Source of the DNA: Owenia fusiformis
Lineage: Eukaryota
Length of the DNA: 64,000 bases
Direction of reading: 5' to 3'
Assembly (NCBI GenBank): GCA_903813345.2
Contig: CAIIXF020000001.1
Coordinates: forward strand, 19,096,001-19,160,000
Position 1 is the first letter of the stretch. Each line of letters starts with the position of its first letter. A program made the translations under genes and the position numbers. Shown here piece by piece: positions 35,709 through 49,522 of this stretch. The notes under the pieces were generated by a model, which did not search any database, had not been told where the DNA came from, and saw nothing but the letters and a program-made list of their open reading frames with translations.

Positions 35709-35815
35709 CCACAAAGTGCCAAAAAGAGTGAATGCTGCAAAGATCCCAACCAAAGGTATCCTGCAGGGGGCCAAGGTAGTAAGAGGCCCAGACTGGGATT
35801 GGGGAAATCAAGATG
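35709..35815 (+). CDS. mib2: MIB2 exon, start of second Mib/Herc2 domain
   Basis: HKVPKRVNAAKIPTKGILQGAKVVRGPDWDWGNQD(G). TTTTAG acceptor, GTAAGT donor, phases 2/1. Confidence 0.95.
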
Positions 35816-38006
35816 GTAAGTTGAACACCAGTTTTAACAGAAATGGATTTTAGTTCTAGGCCTAAAGGGCCAAGTAGTAATGTTTTTTTTGTTTGGTGAC
35901 CTAATTTGAAAAGTGGCTTTGACCTTCTATCCTAATGCAATATAATACAATATAGTCTCCAACTTTTTTTTCGATGGTGTTTGGTGTTCAGTGTTTGTTG
36001 GTTGGTATCTGTAACAAATGGCAGGTAGTGACATTTTGCTCGTTAATGCCTTGTTTTCTATATGAGAACATTGCTTTTTACCTTTCATTTATGTCACTAA
36101 AACTTTCTCAGGTACATGTACTTAATTTCATTCATTGACAGCACCTTAACTTAGTCCATCTTTATTTCAAAATAATCAGAGTACAGAAATAAATCTGTAC
36201 ATATGTTCTTGTAATATACATAATTCTGCATACTGAGAAGGCTGCATGAAGACAATGTTATTATGAACATTGTGTGATTTAGTACTCTGTATCTACCTGT
36301 GAAAGGTCAGGGGGTGAGATAAGGTAAGCAAAAATCATGTTTCGTTAATTAACACTCAGATGAAGATTTTCATACTTTAGAATCAGAGTGCGTGAGCATT
36401 GATGAGAATGAATTACTTAATGGGAGTAAAGTAGTTGCAACAAAGAACACATTTAAGTATCTGTCTATCAATACATTAGTCGTATCTGGCATTTTTCCTA
36501 TTCATGAAGACTCAGTAATTCATCTAATACAATATTTTTAGCTCAACCGTAAAATTTATAAATTGTCTCGCTGTAGATCTACGAAAGCTGATTCTTGAGG
36601 GACGTAGCTAGTTAATGATAAATTCTCGCTGTTACATCCTGGGAAATATGTGAACTCTCTTAATAATAAAATACGCAGTTGACGAGTTTGTTGCAATCTT
36701 CTTTTATTAGGCCATAGGAATTGATAGAATGTTAAGCAAATTGAATCTGCATAATAAACAAGGTTCATGAATATATCAGTTTTGGAAAAATTATGTGGTT
36801 ATTTGAAATATACATAATTGGCATGATCTATGATTGATAAATTTCATTTCCTTCTAAAAACATAAATGTAATCATAGCTATATAGAATTTGATTGCTGTA
36901 GCATTACTTTCCAAGGGTTGAACTCCACAAACCCAATTGAATTTGTATTTTCTAATACTGTACGATTAAGCCATGATCTGAACAATCACTGCAATATTTA
37001 AGCAAGTTAGTACCAATAAAAGATATATTTATAATACAGCACAAATTTGAGATAAACATATGTAATGTGAGTACCTTACTTCGCTGTGTAATTTAATTCT
37101 AGCTCTGCATATTTGGCAAATTGTTTTTTAAGTCTGTATATGTTTACTATTTGTTTTTACTGAGGGGTGTTCAAAGTGGTCCCAAACATTAGATTTTCTA
37201 TTTGGGGGTGTTATGATATCACAGCTATCCATGCCTGATACCTGACAGGACAGTAATTATATCAAATATCAAGACTTTCAAAAAGTTCCAATGTTCAACA
37301 ATAATTCTCTGTAATTCAAAACGCAAAAAGTGTACTTTTTTTTATAAAAGTTATGAATTCTATAAAAATTTTCAAAGCTAGAATGATTTATTAGAAATGT
37401 TTCTTAACTAGACATTGTATTTTATCTTGCAGACTATGATTTACAATCTTATGGTTGTAACTGTCCCAAAGTTTCTCTCCAAAATTTCTCAGTTTCACCC
37501 TTTGCCTTTTTTAAATGAATGACCTTCTTCATTTTCTGTCATTTGTACACAGTTTGGACTGATGACTTTATGCCTATTAAATCAATTCTTGATAATTCCG
37601 CTTAATTATGCTTTGTTTTTCAATTTGCAGCACAACCATCATGAAGATTTTTTCCCTGGCTCCCTTATGTTAAGATGACTTAGATTAATGTATACTGGAT
37701 TAATATTGCTTTTAACTTAAAAGCTAGCTATTTACTTAGTACATAATCCCTTAGGATTAGAGAAACAACAAGTAGGAATAAATCATCACGGTATAAGGTC
37801 AATAAATTGTGATCTTTTTCATTGTTATGTAATCAATTTTTATTAAAAAATTGTGAGGTACTTGCATTGAAATCAAAACCTGTTAGAGAGCATTAGATGT
37901 CTTCACCCTTTTAGTAGTAAGTACTTTTCATAGTGCTGCAAAATACAAACACACAACCACAGCAAACACATTCTTTTTAAGCAAGCCATTTTCAACTCAT
38001 GATATG

Positions 38007-38543
38007 CACTGGTGATCCACTCGATTACGCTGGTTACCAAAACGGTTCGTTTTGGTAACAAAATGTCGGAACATCGAAGGTACGATTTTTCTCGTTTCCT
38101 TATTTTACACGTTGTAGGCAGAATTCCCACGACATTTTTTAACACAAACGTGTATCAGTATCATATGTTTAAGAAATTGTACATATTTGCGAACAAATAG
38201 TTCAGAAGACAACAGAATCGTCGATTTACTTCCTCACTTAAGTTACATAAACGGTTTCGGTTAAAAGTGCAGATCTTAACTGTTTTTCGAAAAAACCGTT
38301 TATGTAACTTAAGTGAGGAAGTAAATCGACGATTCTGTTGTCTTCTGAGCTATTTTTTTCGCAAACATTTACATTTTCTAAAATATATGATACTGATGCA
38401 CGTTCTGAGAAAAAAAGTCATGGGGATTCTGCCTACAACGCGTGAAATAAGGAAAAGAGAAAAATCGTGCCTTTGACGTTCCGACATTTTGTTACCAAAA
38501 CGGTTCGTTTTGGTAACCAGCGTAATCGAGTGGATCACCAGTG
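38007..38543. mobile_element. Palindromic (foldback) Transib-like MITE
   Basis: CACTGGTG...CACCAGTG termini, ~250-bp inverted arms, 5-bp TSD ATATG (38002-38006, 38544-38548). Confidence 0.85.
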
Positions 38544-38636
38544 ATATGGCCACCTCAAGCATACTCTTAGCTATTCTCAACACATGCATATGTCAAATAT
38601 ATTCTTCCTCTTTCTCACTGCATGGTTACTTTAAAC

Positions 38637-41600
38637 GTACTCTTAGCCATTCTCAGTGCATGTCCACATCATACATAGTCTTGAACATTCTCAATGTATT
38701 GCCACATCAAACATACTCTTAGCCATTCTCAGTGCATGTCTACATCAAACATAGTCTTGAACATTCTCAATGCATTGCCACATCAAACATAGTCTTGAAC
38801 ATTCTCAATGCATTGCCACATCAAACATACTCTTAGCCATTCTCAGTGCATGTCTACATCATACATAGTCTTGAACATTCTCAATGTATTGCCACATCAA
38901 ACATACTCTTAGCCATTCTCAGTGCATGTCTACATCATACATAGTCTTGAACATTCTCAATGCATGGCCACATCAAACATAGTCTTGAACATTCTCAATG
39001 CATTGCCACATCAAACATACTCTTAGCCATTCTCAGTGCATGTCTACATCAAACATAGTCTTGAACATTCTCAATGCATTGCCACATCAAACATAGTCTT
39101 GAACATTCTCAATGCATTGCCACATCAAACATAGTCTTAGCCATTCTCAGTGCATGTCTACATCAAACATAGTCTTGAACATTCTCAATGCATGGCCACA
39201 TCAAACATAGTCTTGAACATTCTCAATGCATTGCCACATCAAACATAGTCTTGAACATTCTCAATGCATTGCCACATCAAACATAGTCTTGAACATTCTC
39301 AATGCATTGCCACATCAAACATAGTCTTGAACATTCTCAATGCATTGCCACATCAAACATAGTCTTAGCCATTCTCAGTGCATGTCTACATCATACATAG
39401 TCTTGAACATTCTCAATGCATGGCCACATCAAACATAGTCTTGAACATTCTCAATGCATTGCCACATCAAACATAGTCTTGAACATTCTCAATGCATTGC
39501 CACATCAAACATAGTCTTAGCCATTCTCAGTGCATGTCTACATCATACATAGTCTTGAACATTCTCAATGCATGGCCACATCAAACATAGTCTTGAACAT
39601 TCTCAATGCATTGCCACATCAAACATAGTCTTGAACATTCTCAATGCATTGCCACATCAAACATACTCTTAGCCATTCTCAGTGCATGTCTACATCAAAC
39701 ATAGTCTTGAACATTCTCAATGCATTGCCACATCAAACATAGTCTTAGCCATTCTCAGTGCATGTCCACATCATACATAGTCTTGAACATTCTCAATGCA
39801 TTGCCACATCAAACATAGTATTGAACATTCTCAATGCATTGCCACATCATACATAGTCTTGAACATTCTCAATGCATTGCCACATCAAACATACTCTTAG
39901 CCTTTCTCAGTGCATGTTCACATCATACATAGTATTGAACATTCTCAATGCATTGCCACATCAAACATACTCTTAGCCTTTCTCAGTGCATGTCCACATC
40001 ATACATAGTCTTGAACATTCTCAATGCATTGCCACATCATACATAGTCTTGAACATTCTCAATGCATTGCCACATCAAACATAGTATTGAACATTCTCAA
40101 TGCATTGCCACATCAAACATAGTATTGAACATTCTCAATGCATTGCCACATCATACATAGTCTTGAACATTCTCAATGCATTGCCACATCAAACATACTC
40201 TTAGCCTTTCTCAGTGCATGTTCACATCATACATAGTATTGAACATTCTCAATGCATTGCCACATCAAACATACTCTTAGCCTTTCTCAGTGCATGTCCA
40301 CATCAAACATAGTCTTGAACATTCTCAATGCATTGCCACATCAAACATACTCTTAGCCTTTCTCAGTGCATGTTCACATCATACATAGTATTGAACATTC
40401 TCAATGCATTGCCACATCAAACATACTCTTAGCCTTTCTCAGTGCATGTCCACATCATACATAGTCTTGAACATTCTCAATGCATTGCCACATCAAACAT
40501 ACTCTTAGCCTTTCTCAGTGCATGTTCACATCATACATAGTATTGAACATTCTCAATGCATTGCCACATCAAACATACTCTTAGCCTTTCTCAGTGCATG
40601 TCCACATCAAACATAGTCTTGAACATTCTCAATGCATTGCCACATCAAACATAGTATTGAACATTCTCAATGCATTGCCACATCATACATAGTCTTGAAC
40701 ATTCTCAATGCATTGCCACATCAAACATACTCTTAGCCTTTCTCAGTGCATGTTCACATCATACATAGTATTGAACATTCTCAATGCATTGCCACATCAT
40801 ACATAGTCTTGAACATTCTCAATGCATTGCCACATCAAACATAGTATTGAACATTCTCAATGCATTGCCACATCAAACATAGTATTGAACATTCTCAATG
40901 CATTGCCACATCATACATAGTCTTGAACATTCTCAATGCATTGCCACATCAAACATACTCTTAGCCTTTCTCAGTGCATGTTCACATCATACATAGTATT
41001 GAACATTCTCAATGCATTGCCACATCAAACATACTCTTAGCCTTTCTCAGTGCATGTCCACATCAAACATAGTCTTGAACATTCTCAATGCATTGCCACA
41101 TCAAACATACTCTTAGCCTTTCTCAGTGCATGTTCACATCATACATAGTATTGAACATTCTCAATGCATTGCCACATCAAACATACTCTTAGCCTTTCTC
41201 AGTGCATGTCCACATCATACATAGTCTTGAACATTCTCAATGCATTGCCACATCAAACATACTCTTAGCCTTTCTCAGTGCATGTTCACATCATACATAG
41301 TATTGAACATTCTCAATGCATTGCCACATCAAACATACTCTTAGCCTTTCTCAGTGCATGTCCACATCAAACATAGTCTTGAACATTCTCAATGCATTGC
41401 CACATCAAACATAGTATTGAACATTCTCAATGCATTGCCACATCAAACATAGTATTGAACATTCTCAATGCATTGCCACATCAAACATACTCTTAGCCTT
41501 TCTCAGTGCATGTTCACATCATACATAGTCTTGAACATTCTCAATGCATTGCCACATCAAACATACTCTTAGCCATTCTCAGTGCATGTCCACATCAAAC

Positions 41601-43917
41601 ATAGTCTTGAACATTCTCAATGCATTGCCACATCAAACATAGTATTGAACATTCTCAATGCATTGCCACATCAAACATAGTATTGAACATTCTCAATGCA
41701 TTGCCACATCAAACATACTCTTAGCCTTTCTCAGTGCATGTCCACATCATACATAGTCTTGAACATTCTCAATGCATTGCCACATCAAACATACTCTTAG
41801 CCTTTCTCAGTGCATGTTCACATCATACATAGTATTGAACATTCTCAATGCATTGCCACATCAAACATACTCTTAGCCTTTCTCAGTGCATGTTCACATC
41901 ATACATAGTATTGAACATTCTCAATGCATTGCCACATCAAACATACTCTTAGCCTTTCTCAGTGCATGTCCACATCAAACATAGTCTTGAACATTCTCAA
42001 TGCATTGCCACATCAAACATACTCTTAGCCTTTCTCAGTGCATGTTCACATCATACATAGTATTGAACATTCTCAATGCATTGCCACATCAAACATACTC
42101 TTAGCCTTTCTCAGTGCATGTCCACATCATACATAGTCTTGAACATTCTCAATGCATTGCCACATCAAACATACTCTTAGCCTTTCTCAGTGCATGTTCA
42201 CATCAAACATAGTCTTGAACATTCTCAATGCATTGCCACATCAAACATACTCTTAGCCTTTCTCAGTGCATGTTCACATCATACATAGTCTTGAACATTC
42301 TCAATGCATTGCCACATCAAACATACTCTTAGCCTTTCTCAGTGCATGTCCACATCATACATAGTCTTGAACATTCTCAATGCATTGCCACATCAAACAT
42401 ACTCTTAGCCTTTCTCAGTGCATGTTCACATCATACATAGTCTTGAACATTCTCAATGCATTGCCACATCAAACATACTCTTAGCCTTTCTCAGTGCATG
42501 TTCACATCATACATAGTATTGAACATTCTCAATGCATTGCCACATCAAACATACTCTTAGCCTTTCTCAGTGCATGTCCACATCATACATAGTCTTGAAC
42601 ATTCTCAATGCATTGCCACATCAAACATAGTATTGAACATTCTCAATGCATTGCCACATCATACATAGTCTTGAACATTCTCAATGCATTGCCACATCAA
42701 ACATACTCTTAGCCTTTCTCAGTGCATGTTCACATCATACATAGTCTTGAACATTCTCAATGCATTGCCACATCAAACATACTCTTAGCCTTTCTCAGTG
42801 CATGTTCACATCATACATAGTCTTGAACATTCTCAATGCATTGCCACATCAAACATACTCTTAGCCATTCTCAGTGCATGTTCACATCATACATAGTATT
42901 GAACATTCTCAATGCATTGCCACATCAAACATACTCTTAGCCTTTCTCAGTGCATGTTCACATCATACATAGTCTTGAACATTCTCAATGCATTGCCACA
43001 TCAAACATACTCTTAGCCTTTCTCAGTGCATGTCCACATCATACATAGTCTTGAACATTCTCAATGCATTGCCACATCAAACATACTCTTAGCCTTTCTC
43101 AGTGCATGTTCACATCATACATAGTCTTGAACATTCTCAATGCATTGCCACATCAAACATACTCTTAGCCTTTCTCAGTGCATGTTCACATCATACATAG
43201 TATTGAACATTCTCAATGCATTGCCACATCAAACATACTCTTAGCCTTTCTCAGTGCATGTTCACATCATACATAGTATTGAACATTCTCAATGCATTGC
43301 CACATCAAACATACTCTTAGCCTTTCTCAGTGCATGTTCACATCATACATAGTATTGAACATTCTCAATGCATTGCCACATCAAACATACTCTTAGCCTT
43401 TCTCAGTGCATGTCTACATCATACATAGTCTTGAACATTCTCAATGCATTGCCACATCAAACATACTCTTAGCCTTTCTCAGTGCATGTTCACATCATAC
43501 ATAGTCTTGAACATTCTCAATGCATTGCCACATCAAACATACTCTTAGCCTTTCTCAGTGCATGTTCACATCATACATAGTCTTGAACATTCTCAATGCA
43601 TTGCCACATCAAACATACTCTTAGCCTTTCTCAGTGCATGTTCACATCATACATAGTATTGAACATTCTCAATGCATTGCCACATCAAACATACTCTTAG
43701 CCTTTCTCAGTGCATGTTCACATCATACATAGTATTGAACATTCTCAATGCATTGCCACATCAAACATACTCTTAGCCTTTCTCAGTGCATGTTCACATC
43801 ATACATAGTATTGAACATTCTCAATGCATTGCCACATCAAACATACTCTTAGCCTTTCTCAGTGCATGTTCACATCATACATAGTATTGAACATTCTCAA
43901 TGCATTGCCACATCAAA
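38637..43917. repeat. 38-bp satellite/minisatellite, about 139 units, two variants often forming 76-bp dimers
   Basis: Variant A: CATCAAACATAGTCTTGAACATTCTCAATGCATTGCCA. Variant B: CATCAAACATACTCTTAGCC(A/T)TTCTCAGTGCATGT(CT/CC/TC)A. Unit count is estimated as length divided by 38. Confidence 0.98.
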
Positions 43918-44431
43918 AATTCCCTTTGCAGTGCACAAAATGTGGCTGAACCAAATCACTTTTAGCACTTTACCAGTTCTCAACACATGGCTTCATAAAA
44001 TACTCTTAATTTAGTGTACACTAAACTCTATCCCTAACTAAGGTCACCGTATTCTCTATAATGCACTCTAGGTACTAGGTTATTTGCCTGGGAATTATGG
44101 AAGTATAGCTCTTACTTGTACCTACTTCCTATTAATTTGCCTGGAACAGGGGATTTGGTTTAAAAATACTGCAAACAAATCAACCGAGAATATTGTATTC
44201 AATATTCACAGTACATCAATGATATGGAAATAATGCAATGCTTTATATACAGTTGATTCACTGCAACTGAAATCTGATGAATGATTTATAACTATTATAT
44301 TGAAATGAATTGTATCTTTGGTAATAACTGATGAACAATGACAAAAAATAAGATGAGCAGTAAATGTATCAATGTTTTGAGGCAGAATTTAGTGATGCTC
44401 TTTCAGTGTACTTTGAAGTATTTTCACCTTA

Positions 44432-44530
44432 ATTATCCCACCGAACTATAAAGGGATATAGAGAAGACATCCATCTGTCTTTTCATCTGTCCTTTCGTCT
44501 ATTTGTTTGCCGGATAACTCAAATACTCTT
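44432..44530 (+). mobile_element. Degenerate 5' fragment of the same HINE family
   Basis: TTATCCCACCGAAC...GGGATATAG, decayed microsatellite, CCGGATAACTCAAATAC, collinear with 58085-58210. Confidence 0.65.
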
Positions 44531-47380
44531 ATTTTATTTGTGAAAATTTTCTGACAAGTTTTCTTCTTGGTCGGGTTATTGCAAAAGTTTTATAACCCAA
44601 GTGAACTCATATTCTCGAAAACATGTCTGGTACATCCAGACCATTGCTATGAATGTAAACTTAATCAAATCAATATAATTTAATAATATAAAATAATCTA
44701 ATCATGCAATAATATATCATCCGACCTGTTTCTCCAGTAATGTTAAACACTAAAAGTAGATGGTGTGCTGTAGAATAAATCTTCATTTGTGTCAATTTTA
44801 CAGCCTCTAAATGTCATCAATGCTGAGGTTTATCCTAGTGTTGTACGCCTTATCTCATAGACCTGGATACTTTTAGGGGCAATCTGTACTCTATACTCTG
44901 TATATCAAGGCATATTTTTAATATGTATAAATCATTCACAAGGGGTTACATTAATAAGCAGATTTAGTGAAGAAATATTCTTTACTCCCATCAACTCCTC
45001 AAACATACCCAGGCACATCTTTTTTTACCGAATCACTAACCATTTTTGAGAAATTGAAAACTTGAAATCACGATCTACAGTTTATTATGTCACCACCACA
45101 AGTGGTAACATATTGTTATAATCTCCAACGTTTTTGTGGCGGCCAGTGTGCGGCATTAAACATCTATAACAAATAGCAGGTGGTGAGATTTTGCATATTA
45201 GCCTTGTTTGATATCCAGTCTCCAGAATCATTGTTCTGAAATAGGTAGAACCTAGGAAAGTATTGACTTGGATTAAAGTTATACCATACAACTTGAGAGT
45301 GAAGCACAATAGATAATACATTGCATGCTAGTATATTATTCTCTGCAGTAAGCGATTGTCAGAAATCATCAAAGGATTCTTGAGGATGGTAATTGCTTCT
45401 ACAGTATATAATTCCAGAATATATACAGTACTTATCTTTTATTCATGATCAATCATGGTCACATCAGAGAGAAAAATTCTTCATGAAGTGATTGTTGCAT
45501 AGTGTCTCATCTATAGGTGGATTGCCTCTGCGTTCCAGTGAAGCTATTCATTACAGCCTTTTGAAGTGGGATGAGTAACTTCACATAATGAATGACTTTG
45601 TTATTATATAGATGCTGTCAATTAATTGCAGCAATTTAACTCTTCCCTTCTTGTTCAAGCTGTTCACTGTACTTATCCCATTAATACTCCCTTGTGATAT
45701 ATCTTTTTTGAATTATCAATTGAAATGCCTCATTTTCTGGTATTTATTTTACATTTCAGTTTCATCTTTACTCCTGTTTATTTCTTTCATTGCTGATTCC
45801 TTGTTTTCTTACTCTATTTTATAGTTTAATGCTTCGCCACTGTGATATTTTTCTCACTGGGATGAGATCGTCAGACCTTAGTGAATTTTGTCTTTCTTAA
45901 GATTTCCAAAACAAAGATTTCCAAAACGGACTTACCAACTTACACATGGACCATAATATTTAAGTTTTTCTGAAAAAATTTCAAGCTATCATTACATATA
46001 TTTTAGTCTAACTTTGAGGTTGGCAAGGATGAAAAAGGTAGAGACAAAAATGTAAACTTCTTAAAATTTTCCTGGAATTAGGTTTTGGGGACTTTTTGGA
46101 AATAACATGGGAAGAAATGTTTTGAGCCAAAAACATTCCATACTCACTTAACGGTTGATTGATTTCAATGAACTCAATGTAAAATACATTATGATACTGT
46201 ATAGGTTATATAATTACTTTTTGACATCCTTGAGGATAATAGTTTAATGATTTCTGAAACCTATAAATCACATTCTCTGTGGATATCTTTGTTTCCTTTG
46301 TTCTATAGTTATTTAAAGAACTATTTACGAACAACTCAGCGTTACTGATCAATTAAATCTATCACGGAAGTCGAGATGTAGGACCTGCGTCACATTCCAA
46401 ACAGTTTAGTATCTGGACTCAACACAGTGATGTTGGTCTTCATACAAAAATGTTAAGTTTTAACCTAAAATGATTATTATACCACACACTGTTTTGTTTC
46501 TGGCTTATAATTTGTGTTGATATTGGCATTTTTGAATAGTCAGGCCTATTACATGGACTTAGATTCATTGTTAAATTGTTGTTTCATTTATTTCTTTGGA
46601 ACAATTACTAAGTGTTTGTTAAACAAAAATCAAAATGTTACACCGATTTCCAATGTCTGTACTCTTTGCATTCATTCAATTTCGCTTCCTAAAAGAGAGC
46701 TTCATCGTATTTTAGAACTTACTCTCTGTGCAAGGTACACTGTCTGCTATTCCAGTCAGATTCAGTAATGTATCAATTAATCAGAAATATGTGTTTATGC
46801 ATGAGTTATCAAATGAGTTTAGAATAAGTTTTCATTATTGATTACAGGCAGCGTGTTTCCTGTCTATATATCTCATCTTCAAACAGGTACTGTGTATAGT
46901 TTAGCTAATTAGAGAACGCACCTGACAGTCTGACTTGCATTTCAAGATTGTTCCCTGGTGAAGCTCTTCTCTCAATTAGGAAGGTGACAACGATGAACTT
47001 GTACAGTGAAACCTGTAAAGTGGAACACTTCTAGAAGTGGAATACCTCTGTTAGTGGAACACTTCTCAGAGTCCCAAGACCAATTGACTTAATGCGAAAT
47101 GACCATCTATAAATATTTGGAAGTTTATTTGGAAGTTCGACTCTCACCACTGATAATAACCTCAGTCTTAATATTTGATTCGATTGTGATTGGTTCTTTG
47201 AAAGTAACAGAACTTACTGTTCCTCACTCATAATATATTCTTGGTAGCATTTTAGCAAAAAGAGTTGGTATACTGGTATATGATATGTACTGATATTTTA
47301 TTAACATCAACAACTATTACCTTGGGGTTGTCAATTTGGTATATACTTTGAACAGTTGACCTCAAGAGCAGTCAACAATT

Positions 47381-47583
47381 CAGTGATCTCCCCAACATTA
47401 GAGCAAGTGGGCGTAGCACTCACCCTAGATTTTGTTAATAAGCTTGCACCCACCTAAGAATCCATCTGCATCCATTTGAAAATGAGAAAAATCATGAAAA
47501 ATAGGTATTTGACCAATTTTGGTATGAAATTTGAAAATGAAAAATTTGCATCTAAGCTGAAAAAAATCCTTTGGAGATCATTG
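47381..47583. mobile_element. hAT-like MITE with 5-bp TSD (same family as 17711, opposite orientation)
   Basis: TIR CA(G/A)TGATCTCC, TSD CAATT. Confidence 0.8.
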
Positions 47584-49473
47584 CAATTGTATATTGTCCT
47601 GAGTAGAGATCCTATGAGTTTCCTGGAAATGGCAAGATAATAAAATACTAATGAAAATTTGGAACTATTTCACTTATGAAGAAGGAGATCTTTTCAAGAT
47701 TTGTACGAAATATTATGATCATCAATCGATTTTCTTTTCGTTATGATTTTCGACATTGGCTATCCAAGATGACAACCAGGGGGAATAACTGGGGCATAGT
47801 AGACAACATAATACTTTTTAGAATTCATTTTCTGAAAAAGGAATTTTACTTTCATTACCTAATGGTGACAGTCAGTAAAAGAACATTTCAAAAAAATTAG
47901 TGCGCTCATGTTCTGGGATAGACTAGAACAAAGATTTAGGTTGAATTGTTGATTTTGAATTTTCGACAAAATCAAGAAATTCAACTCAGCAAAATACTTC
48001 ATCAGAGCAAATATCCACATGCTGAATGCTAAGTGTCTCTTAACTGAACCTACAGATCCTACATATACCTTCAGCATCAGCTTAACAAAAATAGTTTTCG
48101 ACAAATCATCAAAGCTCTTATGTCTGGGTCTCCCTCTTATCATACTCTATTACTCTATTACATCATTGTCTAAGTTTATCGATTTTGGAAGGATTGTTTC
48201 TTATTTTCTAGCTCTTTATCCGATTAAAAACCCAAGAGTCTGTTTTAAAGGTGATAACAATTGCTCATGTAACATCCATGGCATACCTTGTTGCCATTTT
48301 GTTTTGATAAATGGTTGTACTACATGTAATGGTTAGACTGCACCAACCGTTGGTTATATTAACCTGCAATTAGTCGTAATTATATAGGTCATGATGACTG
48401 AGTTGGGATTCAATTAGAGAAAATACAAGCTGAAGTGTCTTATTCACAATTGGCATGTGACAGATGGCTTTTTCTTGTGATAACTTTAAAGCTTGGAGAA
48501 CCTGACTTCCTCTATCGATAAAGCATTGGAATATTGAAACCCATGTGATTTGTCTTTTCATTCATAAGACACATGCTATCTTTGATCCCTAAATTATTGT
48601 GCATATAAATATCATTCCCATATTAGAAAAACTGATGAATTCGAATCAATTAAAACAAATACTCTGGTTTTTAGTGATTTCCTTCAGAAGCAACTTGGAT
48701 TAGTTTCTATGGCAACATAGACATTTCAGTCACATAACTAGTTATTAACTGATAATGGAATGGCCGCTATCTTGTATATTAGTTATGATGTCATAACGAT
48801 CGCTCTACCTGATTGAATTTGTTGTCATCATTTGGATATAAATACCACATTGTGTATTTAGCGGTAAATGCCTGCGGTTCTCTAATCTCGGAAGATTTGA
48901 TTTGTCTAATTTAAACAGAATGTCCTAATATTTCTTTGAATTGACTATTGGTATTGCAGGTGCATGCAATGTTAGGTGATTAGACTTCACAATCCATTAG
49001 GATCTTAAACTTTGCTCATCAATTAGCCAAATTAATTGTTATTTCATTTGGTTTGAGACAGGGAAAGGATCTAGGTTTATTAACAGATTTCATGGTTTGA
49101 TTTCTAAATAGTAAATCTCGGAGAACCCGGTTGACCTGGAAAATCTGAAAATAACATGAATATGTTTTAAGATAGAAGTGCTTTGTAAGTCTGTTTATAA
49201 AGAAGTGCTAGAATTTCGTCATGTGGTTTTCTTGAGAAACTAGCATGTGAAAGAATCAGGGGTTGAATGATGAAAACATTGGATTAAGTTCATGTAAACG
49301 TTCGTCAATGTGAGATAATAGAGATAATTTGGACCTACTGTCATGATTGAAATTACATTTTCTTTTGGCTAACCTAATAGTTTTGACTTTGGAATCCTCA
49401 TTATTTAATTTTTGGAGAAATATCGTCAGTTGTTTCGAGGAGTTGCACCCATAGGATAGATATATTTCCCACT

Positions 49474-49522
49474 ATGGAAATCGCTGGGAAGATTAAACGT
49501 CTTTTTCGCAGTAAATCTGAAG
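49474..49522 (+). CDS. Candidate alternative first coding exon of MIB2 (MEIAGKIKRLFRSKSE-G)
   Basis: Strong Kozak context actATGg, 16 codons plus 1 nt, donor AG|GTAAGA. Phase 1 matches the 61062 exon. Confidence 0.4.

Noticed and set aside
37903-38589. Mirror-image ORF pairs
   Set aside because: By-products of the palindromic MITE with no recognisable protein motifs.
38637-43917. CRISPR-like regular array
   Set aside because: No unique spacers (both alternating units are homologous 38-mers), no cas genes, and a eukaryotic intron context.
47676-48561. Cluster of short ORFs suggesting a nested gene
   Set aside because: No recognisable domain or consistent exon chain on either strand.
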